Origin: Candidatus Eiseniibacteriota bacterium
Lineage (GTDB): Bacteria; Eisenbacteria; RBG-16-71-46
Direction: 5' to 3'
Assembly (NCBI GenBank): GCA_963725865.1
Contig: CAVSAC010000012.1
Location: forward strand, 704,001-768,000
DNA length: 64,000 bases
The stretch's first letter is position 1, and each line of letters begins with the position of its first letter. A model generated the notes under the pieces. That model was given only the letters and a program-made list of their open reading frames with translations, was not told the DNA's origin and ran no database searches. Made by a program: the position numbers and the translations under genes. This document shows positions 13,601 to 22,016 of this stretch, one piece after another.

Positions 13601-15302
13601 GGCCCATGCCAGCGATTTCAGCTCGGCGAGCAACCCCCTGACCATCGACTGGCTACGCATCACTCCCTATGGCGCGGCGGGCACGTTCCGTTCGCGGGTC
13701 TTCGACGGCGGGGAACAGAAGTCCTGGGTGAGCGCGAGCTGGAACGCGAACCTGCCGACGGGCACGAGCCTGGACATGTTCGCGCGTGGCGGCGACGCGC
13801 CGGACACGGCCAGCGCCAGCTGGACGGCGTGGAAGCCGATCGGGAACTCCGGCGCGGGCATCGGGATCTGCTCGCGCTACGTGCAGTACCGGGCCGATCT
13901 CTCGACGTCGAATACCAGCACGACCCCGACGCTGCTGGACGTCGCGCTCACGTGCGCCACCTCGGGCGGTCCTGGTACCGCGCTGAGCGGGCTGGCGAGC
14001 GCGTCCGCACCGGGCGGCAACGACGCCAGCGGCCTGACGAGGAACGTGCTGACCTGGTCGGGAGGTGGTGGAGGCGGCGGGGGCGTCAAGGTCTATCGCA
14101 AGGGCTACGGAGGCTACCCGGCCTATCCCGGCGGGAGCTTCTGGCCACCGGCGGCCCCACTGAGTCCGGCCGCGGCGGAGGCCGCGAGCTGGACCCTGAC
14201 GAGCGTGACGGGCGCTGGGCAGAGCGACCTGCCGCCGGCGAGGGACTACTGGTCGTACGTGGCGTTCAGCACCGACGCGTGCGGGAACAGCTCGGCGGCG
14301 TCGAACGTGACCGGCGGGACGCTGGACTATCTGCTGGGCGACGTCACCGATGGGATGACGGCGTGCACGGGCGACAACGCGGTGACCACGTCCGACATCA
14401 GCCTGCTGGGGGCGCACTACGGGGCGACGAGCGGACAGGCGGACTACCTGGGGTGTCTGGACGTGGGTCCGACGATGGACTACTCCACGACCGGTCGACC
14501 GCTTCCGGACGGCATCGTGGAGTTCGAAGATCTCGTGATGTTCGCGCTCCAGTACGGGATCGACGCGCGCCTTCCGGTGGCCCCGATGGCCAAGGCGCGT
14601 CCGACGCCGAAGGCGGAGGGCGAGCGGGCGGCGGCGACCGAGCTGACTCTCGAGGTTCCGGCGTCGCCTGCGGCGGGCGACGTGTTCGCGGTGGCGGTGC
14701 ACGCGTCGGGCGGGGGTGAGGTGCAGGCGCTGAGCCTGGACCTGCGCTACGACCACTCGCGCGTGGAGATGGTGGGTGCGGATGCGGGTGAGCTGCTGTA
14801 TCGCCAGGCGGCTCAGGCGCTGGTGCTCTCGCCCAAGCCCGGCCGGGTGGACGTGGCGCTGCTCGGCAGGGGCGCCGCACTCGACGGGGAGGGCACACTC
14901 GTGGTCGTGCGGTTCCGCGTCACGGTGGCGGGCGATCCGGCGATCACGCTGTCCAGCGTGGACGCGCGAGACGGCGCGAATCGCAAGCTGAATCTGATGG
15001 CCGGGGGGCCGACCGCCGTTCCGACGACGACGTCGTTCGCACGTCCGAGTCCGAATCCGTTCGGGGGAACGACCACGCTCGGCTTCGCGCTCGCGCGGGC
15101 GGGACACGTCGAGCTGGTGATCTACGCGGTGGACGGACGGCGCGTGCGCACGCTGGTCGACGACGACCGGCAGGCGGGGGAGTACCGATCCGTGTGGGAC
15201 GGCACGAGTGATCGCGGAGAAAGGACGCAAGCCGGCGTGTACTTCGCCCACCTGAGCGCCGGGGCCGAGCGCTTCACACGGCCGCTGGTGCTGCTGAAAT
15301 GA
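4615..15302 (+). CDS. Giant (~3,560 aa) secreted protein split by two +1 frameshifts (~6247, ~6413): PHP/CehA-McbA-like metallohydrolase, 2 Big_5-like Ig domains, putative deacetylase-like barrel region, Fn3-like domains alternating with 4 Cys-flanked lectin-like modules, then dockerin-like, cohesin-like and FlgD-Ig
   Basis: ATG 4615 follows GGGGGA and starts a hydrophobic leader. WYSGDMHVH and AGTDA hydrolase motifs. One Ig domain reads continuously across ORFs 4513-6480, 6119-7399 and 6300-15302 (FNEALDPGSVSAAT-VRLEDASHNPV...IQDPAG-SLAADESWSFTT) and matches the intact next Ig copy. Confidence 0.8.
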
Positions 15303-15393
15303 GGTCGGCGAGTTCGGGGTCAGCTCGCCGCGGCGCCCGCACGCCGCGACGGCCGCTGACCCCGCTCCACTGACCTCGGTCCCCGGAGGATCC

Positions 15394-15936
15394 ATGCTTC
15401 GATCGTTTCGGCTGTCCGCTCTCGCGCTCGTCCTCGCCGTGCTCGCGCTTCCGGCCGCGCGCGCATCCGCCGCCACGGCCTCGGTCGCCCCGGCCGACAC
15501 CACGATCGGCCAGGGGGACGTGATCCAACTCCGCGTCGTCGGCGACGCCTTCGCGGACCTCAAGGGCTATCAACTCGTCTTCTCGTTCGACCCGTCGCGT
15601 CTCCAGTTCCTGGGCGCGCTCCCCGGGGACGTGCTGACCGGAACGGGCCGCGCGTTCACCACGTTCGTGCTCCCCGATGCGGTGCCGCCGGTGGACAGCG
15701 TGTGGATGGACGCGGCGGTGCTCGATGGAAGCACGAGCGCGCCAGGGGTCCTCGCGTACTTCCAGTTCGCGGCGCTCGCCCTCGGGCAGAGCCCGCTCAC
15801 CTGCCTGCACGTGGAGTACCGGAATTCCGCGAACGCCCCCACGCTGCCGGAGTGCGTATCGGGAGTGGTCCACATCCTGGGGCCGACGCCCGTCACGCCG
15901 CCGTCGTGGGGGAGGCTGAAGGTCCGCTATCGGTGA
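15394..15936 (+). CDS. Small secreted cohesin-like protein with C-terminal SWGRLKVRYR motif
   Basis: RBS GGAGG and signal peptide ending ASA. Cohesin-like pattern DLKGYQLVFSFDPSRLQF...GDVL...GVLAYFQF. Confidence 0.75.
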   Translation: MLRSFRLSALALVLAVLALPAARASAATASVAPADTTIGQGDVIQLRVVGDAFADLKGYQLVFSFDPSRLQFLGALPGDVLTGTGRAFTTFVLPDAVPPVDSVWMDAAVLDGSTSAPGVLAYFQFAALALGQSPLTCLHVEYRNSANAPTLPECVSGVVHILGPTPVTPPSWGRLKVRYR

Positions 15937-15988
15937 TTCGGTGCGGGCGGGGTGGCTTCGATGGGCAGTGACTCCCGGCGGGTCGAGG

Positions 15989-16017
15989 TTGCGGCCCGCC
16001 GGGAGCGCGTTTATAAG
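15989..16017 (+). promoter_or_regulatory. sigma70-type promoter upstream of the tRNA-Lys 5' fragment
   Basis: TTGCGG-17 bp-TATAAG, an AT-rich hexamer in a very GC-rich context. Confidence 0.55.
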
Positions 16018-16072
16018 GAGCGTGCGCGGTCCAGGTCGCGGACCTCCGAGGCCCGGACCGCCGGCGGCCCGG

Positions 16073-16109
16073 CCGTGACCCGTTAGCTCAGTCGGTAGAG
16101 CACCTGCCT
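16073..16109 (+). repeat. Direct repeat copy 1: 5' half of tRNA-Lys (att-like fragment)
   Basis: 37/37 identical to 21249-21285. Diverges within the anticodon loop (CTCTTGAGCGT vs CTTTTAAGCAG) and no 3' half follows. Confidence 0.9.
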
Positions 16110-16120
16110 CTTGAGCGTAT

Positions 16121-16165
16121 CCGCGCCCGATGACGCCCATCGTCGCATGGGCCTGCAGGGCGCGG
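16121..16165 (+). terminator. Hairpin immediately after the tRNA fragment (possible terminator)
   Basis: CCGCGCCC/GGGCGCGG outer stem plus GCCCAT/ATGGGC inner stem, followed by TGTTCGT. Confidence 0.4.
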
Positions 16166-16381
16166 TGTTCGTCACTCTGGGCGGTCACCGTCGCCCGCCG
16201 CGGTCTCGCTTCGGGCACCTTGCGTCCCGTGTCGAAATCGTCAGAGAGGGCGCAAGGTGTATGCCCTGCACGACGCTTCTTCGCTAGCTTGCGCGACTGG
16301 CATTGCCTCCGCGAATGTGTGGTGCCGGGCAACCGATGATCCCACAGCATGTCGCAGAGCGGGTCGCGACGGCATTCATGC

Positions 16382-16396
16382 TGGCATCATACCTGC
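16382..16396 (+). promoter_or_regulatory. Possible sigma54 (-24/-12) promoter for the asnB-GT4-GT4 cassette
   Basis: TGGCAT-CATAC-CTGC has GG-N10-GC spacing, about 200 bp upstream of the asnB start. Confidence 0.3.
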
Positions 16397-16602
16397 GTCA
16401 AAGGTCGCACACTCACCTGAGCGCGTTCATCCCCTCGAGCTGCAGCCAGGGCACACCGGATCGGGGGCGGGCTGGAGCCGTCGTGGTATCGCGGCAGTGT
16501 TTCGCCGCCAGACCTCCGCCCGCCGTCCAAGGCGTCTTCCGCCGAACCCGATGATGGCCATTGGCCGCCTTCGCCGGAAGCCGCGGCGGTCGGAGTTGAG
16601 CC

Positions 16603-18456
16603 ATGTGTGGAATCGCAGGGTCGGTCTGCCTCGACGGCGGCCCGGATCCACAGGGCCTAGTGGACGACGTGGTTGCGAGCCAGCGCAATCGCGGGCCGGA
16701 TCACCAAGCCATCATCGCAACCCGCGGCTCCACGGCCCGACTTGTCCTCGGGCATTCGCGGCTCAAGATCATCGACCTCTCGTCCAACGCGAACCAGCCG
16801 CTCTGGGATCACGAGCGGCGCCTATGCCTGGTCTTCAACGGCGAGATCTACAACTACCAAGAGTTGCGCGGTGAGCTCACCGCGCGCGGACATCAGTTCG
16901 CCACGCGGGGGGACTCGGAGGTCATCCTCGAGGCCTTCAAGGCATGGGGTGCGGGTGCCTTCGAGCGCTTCAACGGGATGTTCGCGTTCGGCCTCTGGGA
17001 TCGCGACGCCGCGCAGTTCTACCTGGTGCGCGATCGCTTTGGCGTCAAGCCGCTCTACCTCTGGCACGACGCGCACCAACTCTGCTTCGCCTCGACCTGC
17101 GACGCGCTTGCGGGCCATCTCGGCTTGGAGCCGGATCTCGTCTACGCCGCGCGGGGCATCCGCTACTGGGTGTACGACGACGACGAGCGTGCCCCGTTCA
17201 TCGGGCTGCGCGCCCTCAAGCCCGGCCACTACGCGGTGGCCGATCTGACGTCGCCACGACCACTGGAGGTGGCGGTCCATCGCTACTATTCGTTGGTTGC
17301 GGCCGTGGAGCGGAAGGCGGAGGTGCTGCGCTCGCACGGCGAAGGCGAGATCCATGACGAGCTGGCGTCGCTTCTCGAGCGTTCGATCGAGCTGCGGATG
17401 CGGTCGGACGTGCCGGTGGGCGTCTCGCTGAGCGGAGGCTTGGACTCCTCGACTCTGGCCGCCATCTCCTGCGCGCGCGGGCAGGTGCTCGGTTTCACGT
17501 TCGGGCATCCGGAGGACCCGGCCACCGAGGGGCCGATGGTGCGCCACCTCAGCCGGCATACCGGGCTAAGAGTCTGTTTCGTCCGTCCGTCCGCGCGGGA
17601 GATCATCGAGGCCTACTTCGCCGCCATTGAGGCCCAGGGGGCGCCGTTTCCCACTGCCAGCATCGTTGGCCAGTACCTGGTGTATCGCGCGGCAAAGCAG
17701 CAGGACATCAAGGTCGTTCTCGGCGGACAAGGGAGCGACGAGATCTTCATGGGCTACCGGAAGTTTCAGTACTTCTACCTGCGCCAACTGCTGCATCGCG
17801 GCGCCGTGGGCAAGGCCGTGAGGTTCTTGCTTGGGTCCTCGCCCGAGCTCGCCGCCGAGGTGTCGCGCGCCGCAACCTACTGGAGGGCCAGGCAGCGGTA
17901 CACCCTCGCCGGCGGCATTGCAACGGGACTCCGGCTGCCAGACGCCGGGCGGCTCGACATGCGCGCCGACCTCGGTCGGCCCCTGTGGCTCCGGCAGGCC
18001 TACGACATCGAGCACACCAGCCTGCCGACGCTGCTGCGCTACGAAGACCGCAGCTCGATGGCCCACGGGGTCGAGAGCCGCCTTCCCTACCTCGACTATT
18101 CGCTCGTGGAGTTCGCGCTCGCCCTCGACGTGGACTACAAGCTGCGGCATGGGTTCCGGAAATGGATTCTGCGCGAGTTCGCGCGCGGCAAGGTACCCGA
18201 ACCGATTCGCACGGCGCGCTGCAAGCGTGGTTTCGACGTGGCGCAGAACCAGTGGATCGATCAGGGGCTGGGCGAGGCCATCCGCGAAGCGCTGCGGGCA
18301 AGGCTGCCGCTCGTCCGGCAGTTTCTGGAGCCCGGCGCCAGGGTCGAGCAGTTGTTCTCGGACGCCCGGCTCAAGCGCGAGGGTTCCGCCTTCACAGAGG
18401 CCACGACCCTGATTTGGCTCGGCAACTGCGCGATGCGGTCCCGCGACCGTGGGTGA
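16603..18456 (+). CDS. asnB: Asparagine synthase (glutamine-hydrolysing) family amidotransferase, glycan-associated
   Basis: N-terminal MCGIAG, RGPD, FNGEIYNY, RDRFGVKPL, LSGGLDSS, GQGSDE, ESRLPYLD. Confidence 0.9.
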   Translation: MCGIAGSVCLDGGPDPQGLVDDVVASQRNRGPDHQAIIATRGSTARLVLGHSRLKIIDLSSNANQPLWDHERRLCLVFNGEIYNYQELRGELTARGHQFATRGDSEVILEAFKAWGAGAFERFNGMFAFGLWDRDAAQFYLVRDRFGVKPLYLWHDAHQLCFASTCDALAGHLGLEPDLVYAARGIRYWVYDDDERAPFIGLRALKPGHYAVADLTSPRPLEVAVHRYYSLVAAVERKAEVLRSHGEGEIHDELASLLERSIELRMRSDVPVGVSLSGGLDSSTLAAISCARGQVLGFTFGHPEDPATEGPMVRHLSRHTGLRVCFVRPSAREIIEAYFAAIEAQGAPFPTASIVGQYLVYRAAKQQDIKVVLGGQGSDEIFMGYRKFQYFYLRQLLHRGAVGKAVRFLLGSSPELAAEVSRAATYWRARQRYTLAGGIATGLRLPDAGRLDMRADLGRPLWLRQAYDIEHTSLPTLLRYEDRSSMAHGVESRLPYLDYSLVEFALALDVDYKLRHGFRKWILREFARGKVPEPIRTARCKRGFDVAQNQWIDQGLGEAIREALRARLPLVRQFLEPGARVEQLFSDARLKREGSAFTEATTLIWLGNCAMRSRDRG

Positions 18457-19753
18457 GTCCGGGCCGGGCCCCGCCGTGGTGGCGGCATCTCCGGCACGCA
18501 GGCCACTGTCGTCGATCGCCTACGTCACCACCACCTTCCCCACCTTTGCCTGGTTCCTGGAGAACGAGGTGCGCGGACTGCGTGCGCGGGGCCACCGCGT
18601 GCGAGTATTTGCCTTGCGCGAGGTGGGGAACCCAGTGCATCCCGAACACGTAGAGCTCGTGCCGATCACCACGGCCGTCGGCGCCCCGTTCGCGTGGCAG
18701 GCGTGGCTGGCGCTTGCCGGCTGGCTGCTGCGCCGGCCAGGCGTGCTCGTGTCCGGGGCCGCGCGGCTGTTGTGGGCGTCGCGGAGCAGTCCCTATGCGC
18801 TGGCCGGCCATCTCGGCTACCTGCCGGCCGCGGCACGCGTCGCCACGCTCGTCGAGCGTGAGAACCTCGACCTCGTGCACGGCGCCTGGGCCCACTTCCC
18901 GGCCAGCGTGGCCTATCTCGCCGCCCGGCTCACCGGCCGCAGGTTCAGCATGGCGGCCCACGCCGGGGCCGACTTGCACCGTACCCGGGCCTTCCTCCCC
19001 GAGAAGCTGCGGGCCGCCGACTTCGTCGCGGCGTGCGTGCGGGGCAATGCCGAGATGCTCCGTGGCCTCGCCGGTGCCGGCGCGCGCATCGAGTGCATCT
19101 ACCACGGCGTCGATCTCGAGCGATTTGACGGACGCGACCGGCAGCGCGACCTCGAGCCCATGATTCTCGGCGGTGGCCGCCTCGGGCCGGAGAAGGGATA
19201 CGATCTCGCGATTCGGGCGCTCTCGGACTTGGAGGGCCGAGGGCTGCGGGCGAAGCTGGTGCTGTTCGGAGATGGCCCGGAACGGTCGCGGCTGCAGTCG
19301 CTGGCGCGACGCCTGGGCCTCGAGGCGCGCGTCGTGTTCCGCGGCCAGATCGTCCAGCCCGAGCTCCTCGAGTTGCTGCGCCGAGCGTGGGTGATGGTCG
19401 CGCCCTGCCGCGTGCTCGCCAGCGGGCAACGCGACGGAATCCCAAACGTCCTGGTCGAGGCGCTGGCGATGGGCGTGCCGTGTGTGGGGACCAGGGTGGG
19501 AGGTATCGAGGAGGCCGTGATTCCGGGCGAGACCGGCGCGCTGTGCGCCCCGGACGATGTGCGCGGGCTTGCGGACGCGCTCGCGGAACTCCTCCGCAGC
19601 CCGGCGGACCTGGATCGCATGGGCGCGTTGGCGCGCGAGCGCGTCCGTCGGGACTTCGACGCGCGGCAGAACCTGGAACGGCTGCTGGCGTTGTTCGAGG
19701 AGCCACGTCCATCGTCGCCTTCGCGGCCCAACACTGCGCACGGGGAGCCATGA
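18449..19753 (+). CDS. GT4-family glycosyltransferase
   Basis: GRLGPEKG and DGIPNVLVEALAMGVP motifs. Confidence 0.85.
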   Translation: MGESGPGPAVVAASPARRPLSSIAYVTTTFPTFAWFLENEVRGLRARGHRVRVFALREVGNPVHPEHVELVPITTAVGAPFAWQAWLALAGWLLRRPGVLVSGAARLLWASRSSPYALAGHLGYLPAAARVATLVERENLDLVHGAWAHFPASVAYLAARLTGRRFSMAAHAGADLHRTRAFLPEKLRAADFVAACVRGNAEMLRGLAGAGARIECIYHGVDLERFDGRDRQRDLEPMILGGGRLGPEKGYDLAIRALSDLEGRGLRAKLVLFGDGPERSRLQSLARRLGLEARVVFRGQIVQPELLELLRRAWVMVAPCRVLASGQRDGIPNVLVEALAMGVPCVGTRVGGIEEAVIPGETGALCAPDDVRGLADALAELLRSPADLDRMGALARERVRRDFDARQNLERLLALFEEPRPSSPSRPNTAHGEP

Positions 19754-20883
19754 GCCACGGCAGGCCCCTGCGCGTGATGCACGTGATGGAAGCCATGCAC
19801 CGCGGCGGAGCCGAATCCCTGGTGGTCGAGCACGTGCGGCATCGCGGTCCCGACGTGACGGCGCTCGTGACCACGCTGAATGGCGGCTCGCAGGCGCTCG
19901 ACGCCGCACGCGCGGCCGGCGCGGCAGTGTTCGATTTCGGCGCGACCAGCGGCGCCCGCGCTGCCCCGCGCGCCGCGCGGATTCCAAGGCTCGTGGCGCT
20001 GCTCCGGTCCGAGGGCGTGGATGTCGTCAACGCCCACAACCCGACCGCTGCTCTGTACGGGGTCCCCGCCGCGCGGCTTGCCGCCGTGCCGGTCGTCATC
20101 CGCACCGAGCACAGCATCCACGACCCCGGCCGGCACTCGTTGCTCTACCTCGGGCTCGAGCCGGTGCTGACGGCGTGGTGTGCGAGGGTCGTGTGCGTGT
20201 GCGAAGCCGTGCGCCACAGCCACGCGTCGCGTCTGCGCCGGTGGGAGCGGCGCTTCGTCACGGTTCCCAACGGAGTCTCGGAACTGCAGGGCCGTCGTTC
20301 CCGCAATGACGCAAGATCGGCACTCGGCCTCGATGAGCGGCAGCGGGTGGCGCTCCACGTCGGCAGCCTGACCCCGCAGAAGGCGCAGCACCTGCTGCTC
20401 GATGCCTTCGCGCTCGCCCGGCGGCGTCAGCCGGAGTCGCGGCTGCTGATCGTCGGCGAGGGTCCGCTGCGGGCCGAACTCGAGGCGCGTTCCCGCGCTC
20501 TGGGGCTTTCGGACTGCGTCCAGTTCTTGGGCGGACGCGACGACGTGGCGGATCTCATGGCGGCCGCCGACGTATTCGTCCTCTCTTCGGTGCGTGAGGG
20601 CCTCCCGGTGACCGTGCTCGAGGCAATGCGGGCCGGACTGCCGGTAGTGACCACCGATGCGGGCGGCACTGCCGAGGCGGTGCGCGACGGTGAGACAGGC
20701 ATCGTCGTGCGCGTGAACGACCGCGAGGCGCTGGCTTGTGCCATTGGCGTGCTCCTGGCCGATGCGCCCGGGGCGCAGAGCATGGGGGAGGCAGGACGGA
20801 GCCGCTGGTCGGAACGGTTCCGAGCCGAGCGGATGGTGCGGAAGACCGAGGAGCTTTACCGGTCGGTTCGCTGGACCCGATGA
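19750..20883 (+). CDS. GT4-family glycosyltransferase
   Basis: ATGA overlap with the previous stop. GGAE, GSLTPQKA and EGLPVTVLEAMRAGLPVV motifs. Confidence 0.88.
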   Translation: MSHGRPLRVMHVMEAMHRGGAESLVVEHVRHRGPDVTALVTTLNGGSQALDAARAAGAAVFDFGATSGARAAPRAARIPRLVALLRSEGVDVVNAHNPTAALYGVPAARLAAVPVVIRTEHSIHDPGRHSLLYLGLEPVLTAWCARVVCVCEAVRHSHASRLRRWERRFVTVPNGVSELQGRRSRNDARSALGLDERQRVALHVGSLTPQKAQHLLLDAFALARRRQPESRLLIVGEGPLRAELEARSRALGLSDCVQFLGGRDDVADLMAAADVFVLSSVREGLPVTVLEAMRAGLPVVTTDAGGTAEAVRDGETGIVVRVNDREALACAIGVLLADAPGAQSMGEAGRSRWSERFRAERMVRKTEELYRSVRWTR

Positions 20884-21248
20884 TCCCGCGGGGTTGCGCC
20901 GCGATCTCCGCCGTTCAGTCACGTGGGGGACTGGCTGCCCATGCTCCGACGTCCGATTCCTCGAGGCACCTTCGCCGGGTAGAATCTCGTTGCGCACCGA
21001 CGATGCTGTGCTGGCCAAGGCCGCGAGAATCGGCGGCGAGACCGACACGTGCGAGAATGGGCCGTCTGATACCAGTCTGGAACTGGTTGCCCTGCGGGGA
21101 TTGCGGCGGCATCAGGCACACGAGCAGGTACAATCGACCCTTCGATCGCATGCGCTCAGGGCGAATCCAAGCGGAATGGCCGAAATTCGAGGCCCGGCAC
21201 GCTCCGTAGCGCGAGCTATCCGCCTGCGCTAGCCTGCTGCTCGGTAAA

Positions 21249-21285
21249 CCGTGACCCGTTAGCTCAGTCGGTAGAGCACCTGCCT
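21249..21285 (+). repeat. Direct repeat copy 2 (5' half of the intact tRNA-Lys)
   Basis: Identical to 16073-16109. Confidence 0.9.
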
Positions 21286-21328
21286 TTTAAGCAGGGTGTC
21301 GCTGGTTCGATCCCAGCACGGGTCACCA
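21253..21328 (+). tRNA. tRNA-Lys (anticodon TTT), encoded CCA
   Basis: Acceptor GACCCGT/ACGGGTC, D-arm GCTC/GAGC, anticodon arm CCTGC-CTTTTAA-GCAGG, T-arm GCTGG-TTCGATC-CCAGC, ACCA end; 76 nt. Confidence 0.97.
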
Positions 21329-21655
21329 TTCCCGAATCCCCATGCCGGCGAAGACATCTGCAGGGGCGGCCGGACCGGCCGTGATTGCAGCCTGCTTCGT
21401 CCCCCTTGGTCCCCCCAGCGCCCATGCGCCGGCCTCCCCGGCGGTGGTCGCGGAGCGCACACTGGGGAATCCGGCCCAGCCGAGAAAGATTCGTTCGTGT
21501 CACATTCGTGTAAAACTCCTGTGGACTGCACGCATCTATTGCCGATGGAGTGTGCGGATGCACCGAGCCACCTCAGGGCCCCCCAGGACCCCAGCGTCGC
21601 AGGACCCCAGACCGAGGTCGCACCAGTTCCCCAGGCCAGACATCGGAGAGAGGCT

Positions 21656-21910
21656 GTGGATTGTCAGGACGTACTCGACCAACTCGCTGACTACCTCGAC
21701 GACGACGCGCGCTCGGAGTTGTGCCGTCAGATCGAGGAGCACCTGGCGCGTTGCCGCAACTGCCAGGTGGAGGTGGACACGGTGAAGAAGACGATCGTGC
21801 TCTATCAGGCTGGAAGTCGTGTCGAAGTGCCGGTGCGCGTGAGCGCGGAGCTGCAGGCCGCGTTGTCGCGCGAGTACGGGCAAGGCAAGCCGCGTAGCGC
21901 GTCGGATTGA
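21656..21910 (+). CDS. zf-HC2 zinc-binding anti-sigma-like small protein
   Basis: GTG after GGAGAGAGG. DCQDVLDQLADYLDD...IEEHLARCRNC contains the HxxxCxxC motif. Confidence 0.85.
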   Translation: MDCQDVLDQLADYLDDDARSELCRQIEEHLARCRNCQVEVDTVKKTIVLYQAGSRVEVPVRVSAELQAALSREYGQGKPRSASD

Positions 21911-21936
21911 CACTCGCGCGAAGCCGCGCCTAGACT
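21907..21936 (+). promoter_or_regulatory. sigma70-type promoter for ychF
   Basis: TTGACA-18 bp-TAGACT. Confidence 0.55.
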
Positions 21937-22016
21937 GCCGCGCCTCCTGAGCGAGGCTCCCGGGCCCGCGGGATGACTCCCGCGGGCCGTCGCATGTCCC
22001 CCAGACCGCGAGAGCC

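Noticed and set aside
16110..16600. Group I intron or split tRNA following the tRNA 5' half
   Set aside because: No 3' exon (T-arm plus acceptor) before the intact gene, which already has its own 5' half, and no recognisable intron core.
21584..21610. Short tandem CAGGACCCCAG x2
   Set aside because: Only two 11-bp copies; not a CRISPR or an interpretable repeat.
21296..21655. 204-aa version of the zf-HC2 ORF
   Set aside because: Its start overlaps the tRNA; the RBS and domain start support GTG 21656.
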